From assembly GCA_012295275.1 (NCBI GenBank), contig CM022665.1, forward strand, positions 18,786,001 to 18,850,000: a stretch of 64,000 bases of DNA, given 5' to 3'. Below are positions 1-14,200 of this stretch, piece by piece. Positions within the stretch are counted from its first letter, which is position 1. Every line of letters starts with the position of its first letter. The stretch is from Chrysomallon squamiferum (Eukaryota > Animalia > Mollusca). Position numbers and translations under genes: made by a program. Below the pieces are notes generated by a model. That model made no database searches. It was given only the letters and a program-made list of their open reading frames with translations, and was not told where the DNA came from.

Positions 1-624
1 ATTAATTAATTATCGGAAAAGAAAAAGCAATTACAAAGCACGAAAAGCTAATAGCTGCATATATTAACAGCTGATACAAAATCATATTTTTAATGTAATT
101 AATATGTCAGAACTTTTAGGAAGTTCAATAATTTATTTATTTTTAAAAATCGGGATAAATATTTATTTTTTTATGGTTTTTTTATTTTTTACATTATGCA
201 TTAATTTATTTAGTCATTAAGCTATCGAAAATGATTAAAATCGCACCTTTGACCTAACTGACTAAACGCGTTATTCTCCAGAGTCTTCGATCACCTGTAA
301 ACATTATGCATACCATTAATAAATAATTCTGTCTCGAAAGGAGATGAACAATAAATCTCTTCAGACCGAGCAGAGAAGTCTATAAACGATATCCGATTGC
401 ATGCAGTCAGGAAAAATAAAAGTCTAATTTATTGAAACCGTGTCTGTCATTGTTAACGTGACAACAAACTGAACTTTTCACCTCTTTACAAAACTGCTGA
501 CCATGGAACATGTAACTAGAAGACGTGTCTTGCAATAAAATGTCGTAGTAACAAGTTGTAGTGGTCCCAGCCCTTTGTCACCAGAAAACAGACCCTGTCG
601 AACGAAAAGGATTCTAAAGAATGC

Positions 625-1325
625 GACGTGATCAGTGTGATGGTCGTAAAGATAATGATAATTATTATGATGGAAATAACGGTGGTGATAATGATCGTCT
701 TAACGATAACAGTGATGCTGATATTTCTATTGATGATTGTGATGATGATAATGATGATGATCGTCTGTCTACATGATAATCACACTGATAATGATTTTGA
801 TAAGCATGTTGATAATGATTTTGATAAGCATGCTGATAATGATTGTGGTAACCACGATGATAATGATTATGACGCATATGATTATCGCCTATAGGGGAAT
901 TACAATGGTATTATTGAAACTGATGATTGTGATAATGATCGTCAATATGGAATGATTATATTGATACTTATGATATCAATTTTTATCATGTTGAATATTA
1001 CTGTCTCTGACGTAACTATGATATTGATGTTCGTACTTGATATGATATTTCTGAAATTTCTTTAAACTGCTGTAGAAACGTTTTAACAATATCCTGGCGA
1101 AAACCGAAGCTAACTTTGAATTAACTATAGCACTGGTAATATAAACGTATCTAAAGGCGATAGTACTGTCAACGTTACTGCGTTGCTGATGGTTGTGTTA
1201 GTGATAATGCTGACGTCAGTAATGATAATTGTCTCTGTGGTAAAAGTAATGCTCTCGTTTCTGACATTTATTGTGCCTGTGGCAATGATGTAAGTGTCTG
1301 TGGTAAAAGTGATGATAACATTGTT
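625..1325. repeat. Cryptic (GAT/AAT)-rich low-complexity tract, including a 24-bp tandem repeat at 786-845
   Basis: TGATAATGATTTTGATAAGCATG(T/C) about 2.5 times within degenerate GAT triplets. Confidence 0.75.
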
Positions 1326-2729
1326 GAACTTTGACTCATAAACCATTTTTAACCCCGTCGTAAGAATGTTTTTGTCTTGTTTCGTTTTTTCAATCAAAAG
1401 GTTGAAAATACAATATGTTTTTAAACCCACGTATGTAGATTTTTAAAAATTCTTCACATTCTGAGCATTTGTTAATTCAAGTGTGAAAAAAAAAAAAAAA
1501 ACGTTTATGAAAATCAGATGTCTGAAAATATAACATTTCTCTTTTTAGCCCAAGCACAGTGTCTGGTTTGTTTGTTTATTTTTTTTTTTTTTTTTTTTTT
1601 TTTTTCAACTTTCAATAGTTACACAAAGATTCTAGGCTTGTGAAGCCATTAAGTTTGAAAAGGGTTAAATTTTATGTTGAGTCTAGACGTTAAAGTTTTT
1701 AAAAAAACCCTGATGCTAGGTCTGCATTCAGGATTTGTAAATCTCTTTTATTTATTTTTAATGGCCTCTGAACCTGAATAACCTTCTTCTTGCCTTTTCT
1801 TTCTTTCTTTCTTCTTCTTCTTCTTCTTCTTCTTTTTTTTTTTTTTTTATTTATTTATTTTTTTTTTTTTTTTTTCTCACTGGAATGGGTTTCTGGTCCT
1901 GTTGCACGTCTTCATTATAAAACTCCATTTCTCTTTGTGGCACTGTGCACAACAGTGAAACATTGTTTGACTTGAAAGTTTTGCGTCTCTTGGGAGTCCG
2001 AGTTGGTGATGTGTTCTTGCAGGACACGACAGCGCGCAGCAAGCACATGGCGTGGATTACTTTGACCTGACGTAAACCCAAACGACCTATAGCGTGTGCA
2101 AGTATGTTACACCCGGCTATTTCTTCTTTTATTGCATATACAACAATGCGTGCGCGTGCGTGCGTGACTGTAACAACGTACACATTTTGTAGTATCCGTG
2201 GACATAATTGCATTTATTAGCTGGCAAACTGAAAGTTATCTAAGCTTAAAGCGTGTTGTTTATCTGGACATAGAGATAAAACTAAATAGAAGGGAAGGGA
2301 AAGAATGATCAGATGAATAAATGCGATTGGAAATACACTTAAACAAAAAGCATTAGAAACAAATAAGTTTTATAACCTTATTAGTTCCTGCGTCAGTGCT
2401 TGTGGCTTTCGTATCGACCAAGGACACAGGGATTTAGCGAGATCGTAAACTTCTGAATGGTATCACAGCGTTTGCCGAGTAAAGCCAGTTAGTCAGTTTA
2501 ATAACCACCACGTTCAGTGCAAATCGTATTTTAAAATCATTATTTTAGCAGATGTTATGCCTTGATTTATTTGAAGCACACAGTTATCCGTACCTCTTTC
2601 TGTGTACTTAAAGATTACGTCATCATGCACATTTGCTGAGATTAGCTCATTGTTTTTATTTCATCCACCGAGATAGATTTAGAAGTAAAATAATGTTATA
2701 AAATCTGTTTCTAATTTAATGTAAATGTC

Positions 2730-2731
<2 letters not shown>

Positions 2732-2804
<73 letters not shown>
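2732..2804. repeat. (GA)n microsatellite
   Basis: Directly visible. Confidence 0.98.
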
Positions 2805-2806
<2 letters not shown>

Positions 2807-3205
2807 AACAACAAAAAACCAAAGTAATTCCATCTCACATAATTTTTATTTATTTATTTATTTACTGTTTATTTATTGTTGTTGTTGTTAATATTATTGT
2901 TGTTGTTACTGTAATTATTACTGTTGTTGTTGTTGTTTTTATAGTATTTGTGCTTGTTATTTTTATACTTATTTTGATGTTTGTATACATGTTTTCAATT
3001 TTATTTTGATTCCCAGAACTACTGAAATGAACAACATCACGTTAATGTTCCAAAATAGCTTTAGGATTAACTGATAATGAAAGAATATTGGATTCATCAA
3101 GCAAAATATGTCAATATTATTTTTAATACTGTAATTAGTCTAGACTAAACTTGTCTTTTAATCCTAATCATTCCTATTCCACTGCATTGTGTGTACAGTA
3201 TATTA

Positions 3206-3362
<157 letters not shown>

Positions 3363-4082
3363 AAGAGAGAGAATTATTGTCTACTTGAGCGAATAATTTT
3401 TATAGGTTCCAGATACATGTCCTTCTCGCTTAGGCATATTATATGCATATTTTATTTATTTTATTTTATTTACTTTTATTGTCTAACTTAATTGACTTTT
3501 TTTTTTATTAGCAGAACATTCCTCAGTCTTTGTGAACCTTCGATTATTTCTTTATGTTTTTATAGCATTAAATTACATCCACTTACTCGACTCTATCTAA
3601 TAAACTACATTATTTATTTGATAAAAAAATTAACAAGACGTTAAATTCGATTACCCAGCTATGTGATCCAAGTATCAGTTTACATTAGAGCATAAAGCTA
3701 GTTAACTGTTTTTTGTTGATTTTTAAAAAAAAATTTTTTTTTTTTTTTTTTTATAAATTTTTAAAATGAAATGGGCGGGCAATGTTTTACTGACCTTGTA
3801 CTTCATATTTACAAAGAAGTTAATTAACACTGCCACCTCTCTGAATGCGCTCGTAGTATATAGATAATTAATGTGTGTGTGTGTGTTAAAATGGTTTCTT
3901 TATTTTGTATTATTAATCTTACATTTGTGGTTCACTTGATAATCGTTCATTAACATCCATGGAATTGTTTCCAGCAGTAATATCAAGATAAAATGATGTG
4001 TTCAGGTCTTAATGTCTTGTTTAGTTACACGTATCATTTTGTATGTTTGTTTGTTGTTATTATTATTATTATATTATTATGA

Positions 4083-4121
<39 letters not shown>

Positions 4122-4988
4122 TTAAATATTAGGCTATATAATGATATATTTAATGTCACCACTGCTAATTTATATAATCAGTAATTTCAGAAGTGTTGGG
4201 CTGCAAAAATCGATTATCCATTATTCGAAACTTGAGATAGGCTACATCAAAAATAAAATTATTATTATTTTTTCTCCTTCATCTAATTGTTATTACTGCT
4301 ACTATTGCGACTACAAATAATTCGATTACTTTTATTATTGTTGTTATCATCATCATCATCATCATCATCATCTTATCATCATCATTCATTAAAATAACAA
4401 TTGTCTATTAGTTTTTATGGGTATCGAACCGGGATACTCAAATCTGTGATAGAAAATTTCTTTCTGAGGAAGATATTTTTAATCACGATAGCTGTTTTCA
4501 TTTCTCTGCATTCACGTTGCAAACGATATTTAATTCCTCTACTCTTTGTGTGTCGGCAAAGACCCGAGACTGCACAAAGCCACCATTTACTTTCGTAATA
4601 AACCATTACAGAGAAAAAAAATTACATTTAAAAACGCCATGGAAGTTAAAGTAAATAGTGGAAGCCTTCCATTAACAAGGGAACTGTTAGTTCTGAGTTT
4701 TTGTATTATGTAACTCTGTTTAAAATCACAACAAAATAGGACAGACTGTTATTTTTATTTGTCAGTGACTGATTCCATTTTAAATTAACTGTCGACAACA
4801 TAGATTTTAAGTATGCACGTTAATTAAGTGTGAAATACGTTTCATGTTTTAACATGTTAACAACAACACGACAGCAATAATAATGATGATGATGATTTTG
4901 AAACGCTCCGTCTTTGTTATTTAATGTTTTTGTTGTCTTTAAACCAACTGCAATTTTTTGTTTTAAATATTTCAGAAACCTTAAAAAA

Positions 4989-5096
<108 letters not shown>

Positions 5097-7983
5097 ATCA
5101 TCATCATCATCGAAGAGGACGATTTAAGTTAGTACTGTAAGTTATTTCGTTTATTTTGCAATCGACTTACATATAGAGACAGACAGGCAGAAAATCAGAT
5201 AGAGTGATAGACAAAAACTGACATATAAACAGAAAGACGGAGAGACAGATAGATATAAAAACAGACAATAATACACATATAAACAACACTCAACCAGAAT
5301 CACTCGAACGGCTGGGATATAAAGCACATAATTCACTGGTTAACGACGCCAAATATTTGACTGCAAATCATCCTGTATCATGATTGCTATAAAGACGGAT
5401 AACAGTAGATATATTTATGCGTTTATATCCATTCATTCGGTCACCTCAAGATGGTGTATGTGACTTACGGTTTAATCAGTATACCCGACCATTTAGATGC
5501 GGAGTTCAAGTTTAGGTTCAGTGAACAAACTCAGTTAAGTATTACTCAAGCATAACTGGAATCATCCCATCTGACGTGAATTATTTTCCGAACGATGGCA
5601 TCCATTCATTATAAAAAACACAGCAACATTAAAACAGATGGTATGTACGAGCTGATGTCAGTCAAGCGTTATATGACCACGATTTTACAGATAGAGTATT
5701 TTCACATTGTTGTCACGACAGAAATAATTAAAAAGACAGTCTTTATCGTTATTGCCATCATCATAGTTGTTGTTGTTGTTGATGTTGTTGTTTGTTGTCG
5801 TTGTTGCTTTTGTTGTTGTTGTTCTTATTATTATTACTACTATCGTTATCATCATTTCATTGTTTTTCTTTCTTCCCCCCCCCATCTTTTTGCAGTGTTT
5901 ATTTGATGACATAACTGCAAGGTTATTATTGTTAGCGATCCTATTACTGGTACTGTATTGTTGCTGTTGTTGTTATTATTATTATTACTAATAGTAAAGG
6001 TACTGTTGTTGTTATTGCTGCAGTTACTGCTATCGTAATTAAGATGAAGAAGTAGAAATTAATAAAATAAACATTTTATGAAATTAAATAAATAATATAA
6101 TATGTAAAATCTTTGTCAACATCTAATTAAACTGAGATACACTAGAAATGACTGCAAAAATGGAGACTTTTTTTCTCTTTCTGTTTCCATTTCTCACTAC
6201 GCAGAATGAAATTAAATCATTTGGCTTCTACAATTTGCTATTTAATTAAAAACAAGGCGTAAAAAAAAAAAAAAAAAAAAAAAACGCTGAGGCAAATGTT
6301 GTTCCAGGCATAAATATAATTATAATGTCAATGCCAAAGTTAGGCGCTCCCACAAAATTAGTTTAGCTAATAAATATATATATAAAAAAAAATAAAAATT
6401 TAAAAACTATTGTATATATGCGAATCAGTGGCATTTCTTGTTAAGTCTGCTATTTATTAAAATAACATTAATAATTGTGTTCAAGTGATGTTGCAATCAC
6501 ATAAATAACACAAAAATCTTTATTTTATTATTATTAATATTTTTAACCTTGCAGTGTCAGATAGAAAAAAAGGAAGAAACAGAAGGTGGAAAAAGGAAGA
6601 CTGACAAATGGAAAAAGTATTAAAACACTGAAAAGTATTCGAATCAAAATTTGTTTGTAAATATATTTCCACTCTGAAAATGTAAAGCAAATAAACAGTA
6701 ACATAATAATAACAATAATAACAGTAATAATAATAATAATCATAACAATAATAACAGTAATAAATAAATAAATAAATAAATAAAGAATGAAAAATTAAAT
6801 ATCTATATCCATATCTCTGTCTGTCTATCTCTGTGCGTGTGTGGGTGTAATTTCAAGAAAAACAGAGACTAATTGCAAGATGTGCGTACCTCCTCCATAT
6901 TCACTGCCTTAAATTTGTGTGTTTATAGCTAGTTTATCTTCCTTTGTATCTCCATTTTTCTTCATATTTCTCCTACAAAATACCACCCACACAGCCAGAG
7001 AAAGATTAATAAACGTTTATTACAGTATTTGATGTATGTCTTCTAATACATGACGTTAATATTCGAAAATTATTCTATTGTTGTGAACAATTACTGTTTG
7101 CACGCAAATTGCTAGTCTGATATAAGCTTAGAAACCTCAAAGTCAATTTTGTGAAAGGTCTAACAGTAACAACATTTGAAATATATATGTTACGTATGCA
7201 GAATATATTAATTTGTGTCATGATGCATGACTTCACAGTATTTGATGAAAAAAACATTTTAAAAGAAATATATACATTAATATAATCGAACAATTCTTTT
7301 TCAAGGAAGAAAATAAAATGTATGTCTATATGAGTGTGTTTGTGTCTATGTGTGAATGGATGGATAGAAACACATGAAAATTGCTAATTGCAAATTATGT
7401 CTAATATTAAGACAACTAATACGGGTTTTTCTGTGATCGTAATAATTATTCGTGTACAAAGTATTTAATAATTTCTTTCGTCGTCTTAATATTTGTCACT
7501 ATTGGATGGAAGTGTAAAATCTGTTTTCTGAATCGTCACAAATATTACTGAGATCCATCGAATATTTTTGTCTAGACTATTACAAAATCAGTTCTGTTGA
7601 CGAATCTTTAGTTTTGTGAATACAGTCGTGTTAAAAAACGCACAGTGTAAATATTTTATGTACATATAGTTTAAGGCCAATGTACTCTATATCCTGATAT
7701 TCATACTAGCTTGGGATGTCACCCAAGGCAGCGTGTGTTTCAAATAAAGCTGATTATCTTTACCTCATCGTAATTATACCTTACAGTCGTAACATTCGTG
7801 ACATCGGGCCTGGAGTGCAACTTGCTGGGTGGGTAAGGGATTGTAAATTTGTTTTCTAAATATAGCAAACTCGGATATTGAAGGTACGCAAAATGGTCGT
7901 ACCCGATAATCTTCTGTTTTTTGTTGTTGTTTTTTTTTTTTCTTTTCTCTAAAGGTTTTTTCATTTTTATTTATTTATTTAAA

Positions 7984-8078
<95 letters not shown>

Positions 8079-8214
8079 TTTGTTTATTTATTCACTCCAT
8101 AATTAAAATAATTTCATAATAACGGCGCACACTTCTTCTGAACTGCATGATCCGTCGGTTTAACCTGAATGTGCCTGCTGTCTGTAGGAGTGTAGGGATT
8201 AGTAATGAATTAAG

Positions 8215-8485
8215 TGATGTGGCTGAACGCTTCAGTCGCTATAGTCAGTGTCATTAAAGTGAACACTTACATAGAATCCAAGCCCATCTAGAGGATCCAC
8301 AAGTTTTAAGGTTTGCGGACTATGTCACCGATTGAATTTCCCGGCAGAAAAGTCTGGAAGCATTTCGAAACAAATGGCGTCAGTACTATGAATCACGTTG
8401 AGGGACGGCATCAAAACTGAAGACGATGGACAGAAGTCATCCAAATATTTTTAAATTCACAGATATGATTAAGAAGCAACAATTT
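8215..8485 (+). pseudogene. Decayed MULE (Mutator-like) transposase C-terminal fragment
   Basis: Frameshifted pieces WLNA, EDPQVLRFADYVTD*, WKHFETNGVSTMNHVEGRH and KLKTMDRSHPNIFKFTDMIKKQQ occur in the order of the animal MULE pattern FxDY...W...W...RTNNxxEGWH...HPNI (from recall). Confidence 0.72.
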
Positions 8486-11193
8486 TACGGTTAAGATGTG
8501 GTGGAAGGTTAGCAGCTTGACTCTGACATACACCAACAACAAATGCTCATCTTGACAGGAAAGAAATCTGCAACAGAAAGTGCTGATTCCATCTCTCATT
8601 TTGCTGGAATGTGAAATGTTATAAGTCCATTGTTGCTCTTTTGGGAAATAAGCTATACTGTAATTCCCAACTGTTTCATCATTTGCTATCCTTTACTGCT
8701 CCAGTAATATATAACAATTGGTACGGGCACAGTGAGGTGTGGGCTAGGTGACACTGTACTGTCAAACTGACTGAAGTCCAGGCATGTCTTTTGTTATGTG
8801 AACTCTTACGTCATGAAAGGTGTGTGTGGGTACAAATGATAGAAATCAAATGGTACTCTTGTAGTCGCGTTATTTGTACTGTTAGTAATTTTCCTTAGTA
8901 GAAAATGCTTCACGTCATTCGCTTGAACGCCGCTTCAACAGTCGAGGTTACATTGTTCGTGCAGCAGTGAAACGTTGTCCAGCAGAGCGTACGCATGTGC
9001 TTCACGTAAACACTGTTGATCCCATTCTGCGTTGTAACCAGATATCATTATGTAGAAAATATGCAAATCCTGGCTATATTGGATAAATTGCTTTTTAAAT
9101 TCAATACCTTCGCCGTTATGGCGTTATCATTATAGACTTGAGAAATGATTAATTTAATAAACTCAATCTCCTTTACGACGATCACATACCGCACAAATTA
9201 CCGCTATTTATTTATTTACTTAATAATTTAACAGCATTTCTGGTTACATTTCATTATTTACCTCTGTTTTTATAGCATTAATTTACGTTCACATATATGA
9301 AGTTATACAATAAGTAATTTATTTGATAAAAAAAAAAAAAAAATGCACAAATAGTAAAATTCGATTACCTGGCTTTGTAGCTCAAATATCAAATTACATT
9401 CGTCTAGAAATTGTTAATGCATTTTCTTTTATGTACGATATTAAAATTTAACGGTAAACACTACTTCATTTATGTAATTTATTTACGCTACCACGTATTT
9501 ACATACATGCATACCAAAAGGTTTTAGCTGTTGATTTTACAACTTACAAACTTTAAAAGAAAGAAATAACCATCAAGTGTATAAATTACTGCACACTATA
9601 TCGTATTACTCGATAAAGTGTGTACTCAATTCACGTACATTTCCTGCGTGTGATAAGCTGATCTGTGTACTCGCCAATTTCTTCAGTTTTCATACTGAAA
9701 AATAATTTAATAACAGTAAGCTTTGCTTCTTAGAATAATAAAATTATAAAGAATAGCTTTATTATAAAAGATAAATTTTGAGGTATCTACGCCATTTTTC
9801 TGTCTACAGGATTTTTTTTTTGTTTGTTTTGTTTAATGATCTGTTGAATGAATATGCTTATCATTCTTTTTAGACTGAATAACTGGCACACACACACACA
9901 TATATATACGTACACACACGCGTGTGTGTGTGTGTGTTTTGGATAAGACAAACACGCATAGTCAGGCAGACTGATAAAGAGTCGGACAGAAAGCAATAAT
10001 ATTAATATTATTTAATATTAGAGAGTCAATATTGTTAAAGGATTATTTAAAGTGATGCAGCAAATGACTTCCGCGCGAAAGAAAACTTGGTCAGGTTGTT
10101 TTTTCTAGGATCTCTGTAACCCTGCCGCAAGTTTGATTGCGTTTACACATCACCTTTTCACTTACTTAACACAAACAATCCACGTAATTCTCCACTGTTT
10201 GTGAATCGTGTCTCCGTCGGCAGAATATTTTCGAAATTTCGCACGCGTAGTTGTTATTGAAACACTCTCCCGCCACACACACAATAGTAGAACAACAAAG
10301 AAGGTAAGTTAGAACATCTCTGAATCTGGTTCTGTCGACCCAGACCTTTGATTTCTTGGCTTGTAAATGCCATTTTTATCACATTCTCAATCATCACAAA
10401 TACACATTTTCTCTTCAATCACCATAATGGAAGCAGATAGATAAAATCAGTCGAATATTACTATTTCAGTTTGTCTCCGGTAAAATACCTGAATGTTTTG
10501 ATTCAGCGACGCATTTCGAATGTACTTGGAAGAAAATTAAACTTTTGTAAATCTACATGATTATTCAAAACAGAAGAATCTAGGTTACAGAGTTCCAGAA
10601 ATATTTCAGTAAAATAAAATTTCGGCAATTTATCGTGAAATGATTGTAAGTGACATTTGAATTGTTTTACGAAAAACATTGGAAAGCATAGTCAACATAT
10701 TTTTTTAAGCAAAGAAGAAGAAGAAGAAGAAAATACTGCAAAAAGTTTATACATGAAATTATTATTTGTATTATTATATAAACAGATATAAAAATCAGGT
10801 GACGCCATTATAATATCTAATTAAAATGTTTTTTCGCCAGTATTGTGATTAACATTTTAATCGGGTGACTTATAACAACACTGATTTATTTTAAATATAA
10901 TTAAAATGGATATGCTATATCTTCAGTTTAAACAGAGATAACAGGGAAGGCAAGAACAAAAAATGCTTCGAAATTGAAAGCACAAACAAGATGGAAGATA
11001 CTGTAGAAGAATGTTATTATATGCATGTCTTGTATATCTTTGATAGAGAGAAAAAGAGAATGACTGTTTGTGTCTGTGTTTATATAATATATATATATAT
11101 ATACACATACACACACAGATACATACATACATATATATATATATACATATATATACACAGTCACACACACACACATACACATATATATACACA

Positions 11194-11236
<43 letters not shown>

Positions 11237-14200
11237 GCATATGCATTTGAAACAATAAACATATTCTGTGCCAAGTGAGAGGTTTTGGTTAACATTTCAC
11301 TGTTATTCTTAATTATTTCATGACCGGTGACATTTAAAATTATATTTATCTCTCTCTATTCCCTTTGCATTTCTTAAGTTTCAATATTGTCTGTTTAAAT
11401 GTAACGCTACCACTTTAAATAGCATATTAATTAAAAATCAGTCTGTCGCAAACTGCGCATGCTCATTTTAGATCATCTGCCACTTAAAATGGATCCATCT
11501 GGGGCGCGAGCTTTAGTTGATTGTGTCAGCACGTGCATTCAGTGAAAGAATTAAAGTATTTCTGCAAGTTTGCTGTCTTTTCATTTTCGACAGCCATCTG
11601 GCGTCGTTCTGGTCTGGGACAGACCTTTCCTAATGCAACTATAAATTAATATTTCAAAAGAAAAACTGACAAAAAGTCCGATATTTACTTTTGTCATTGT
11701 GAAATCGGCTCTAGACCCATCTCACGAAATTATAAAGATTACGGCAGATTTTCCCTTTGAATGACTGATTAAAAGCAAATAAGATGAAAATGCATACTGA
11801 CACTGCTTTGAAATCTTAACTTTGTAATCAAGTTTGTCTAGAGTCATTTTTACATTAATCTCTACAAACCATTATATTTCAAATAAGAGTGTCGAATTTC
11901 AACAAAACTAACAGCTGGATATCTTCCTTAGTCTGGTGCATTTGTTTCAAATATATGCTTAAACTTTCTTAACTTTTCAACAAAGCTGACTGAGAACTTT
12001 TGTACCTTAACAGTATTCTTATCACAGAAGCACGTCATACACTCCCAGAATAGTTGTCATTGTTACGTATAATAACTGTGTTCATTTACATCTTGAACTG
12101 AAAGAGTCATGCAGGTTTTTATATATAGTTAGTTATATGACGTCATGCATGTATATTGAACCATACAGTTAATGAGATACAAATCCGCTACCGTCATGCG
12201 AGTAGCAGCAAGTGAATTAGTATATACACCTTCCCGTAGTCGGGAAAGAATGTAAGCTTTGATAAGCAAGACGCGGGTTATTGGCTGGAACAGAAAATTT
12301 TGTAATTTGAAAAGCAATGGAATTGTTATTAAATTCTGAATAAGGACACATTTTAAACTGCACAAATAATTTATACATTACATAATGCCAAAACATTTTC
12401 TATCCTTTCCTTTTCTTATATGATTTTGCCAATATAGCTACACAACTAAATTACCCGTAATTCGAACAAACATCTCTTCTACTAAATCTGAAATGTTTCA
12501 CGCTAAATAACGTGACCATGACACTGTCCAATGTAACCTCGATCTAATAAATCGGCATTATCAGTTTAGTATTTGTGTCTGCCGATATTGATATATGTTA
12601 ATGCATATATATGTGTACTGAAATCTGAAGCGACAATAGGGACAAAATTAATTAGCTAACTGCCGCAAAGATTGATCGAAATGACTCTAGTGTGACAGTT
12701 CTTGTTTAAACTTTAATTACTGTCGCAATCCAATATCTTACTATAATTACTTTACAGATTTTGTACTTGACAAGGTAACCGTGAACCACAGTTTGGTGAT
12801 GAGATTCAATACGATGTATGTGATAAAACTTCAGAATCGTGTAAATGTATCTTCGATCATATGGATGTCTGGCGTGTTTCAGATTATAATATTATACTAA
12901 AGTATTTTTTTTTTTGGTTTTGTAAAATGAAGTGTGTGTGTGTGTGTGTGTGTGTGAATACACACACACACACACACACACAGTTCATGAACCTTTGTCT
13001 GCCTTTCCAATGAGGTTATGAATGTATTTCATTTCAAATTATTTTTGAAAAAATACGATCTTTGGCAAGTAACCATTGTTATATGATTAATCATTATCAT
13101 TTGAGATTGAAATATCTGTTTATTTTTACTTTCATAACAGATAAAGAAAACAAATGTTCAAGCACATAGAAGAAGAAAACAAAAATCCCATTTTACTGGA
13201 AAGTCGTGATAACGGTAACGCTCGCTGAAGAGGATTACAATACACTGCTAGCCTGATTCAACAAATGGTTTCAAAGAAAGAACCATTGGTCCATACTCAT
13301 CGTTTGAGGCACTTTGCGAATTTGGCGACCTTAGCTTTCTCTCATTCTTGTTTACAGTAACACGTACTTGTGTCAATCGGCCAAGTTAATGCGATATTGG
13401 CAAAGAATTTCGATTGGTAGCAGTTCTCTTTAATGCGTGGAGTCTGTTTACACTAGTCAGTTGTGTTTGGCACGGTACGGCAATTCGAACGTACGGTTAG
13501 CAGGTGGCTGCGTATGATTTTAAGTGCAAGCCCATCAGGCGGGCATTTCTGGTCAGCTCTTTTTCAAAGTATATGAAGGGGATATACAAGAAAACATGTT
13601 TTCAGTGATGGTTCTCTGTAGGTGGCAAATAGAAGTGTTTAATCCTGTGTATGTGATAATCTACGTGTAACATAAATCCAAATAAAGAACGCCATCATTA
13701 ATGCCGAGCTCCAGTGCCGACAGACACGATGTTTTTATTAAAAAATAAATCCTTTTCTTTTTCAAATAGAATATACTAATTATAATCCTTATACACTGAA
13801 CACGATGTCTGGCTTAACTGACATTGTTATAGAACGCAAACATCTAGACTGTAGAAAACAGGATGACTTTAATCTCGCATACATCCATGCTTATGATGTT
13901 TATTAAAACGAATGTGTTTATGTCACGTATATTAGCGATTATCTGTTGTAAGTTGCGAGATAAAACTGGAATATGTTTTTACAATATTGCGACATGATTA
14001 CTTTCCCAGTATTATATCAGTTGATTAAAATGTATGAAGAAATGTTCTAAATAAATAAATAAATAATATGGAAATTGGCATGATATGGTTTAGGTTTCTT
14101 TTTTTTTCTTCTTTTTTTTTTTTTAAATTGTTTTTTGGATATCTTGTTTTCTTTTTATTTATTGCTGTTTTTATTATTTGGAGTATATCAGATGAAGAAA

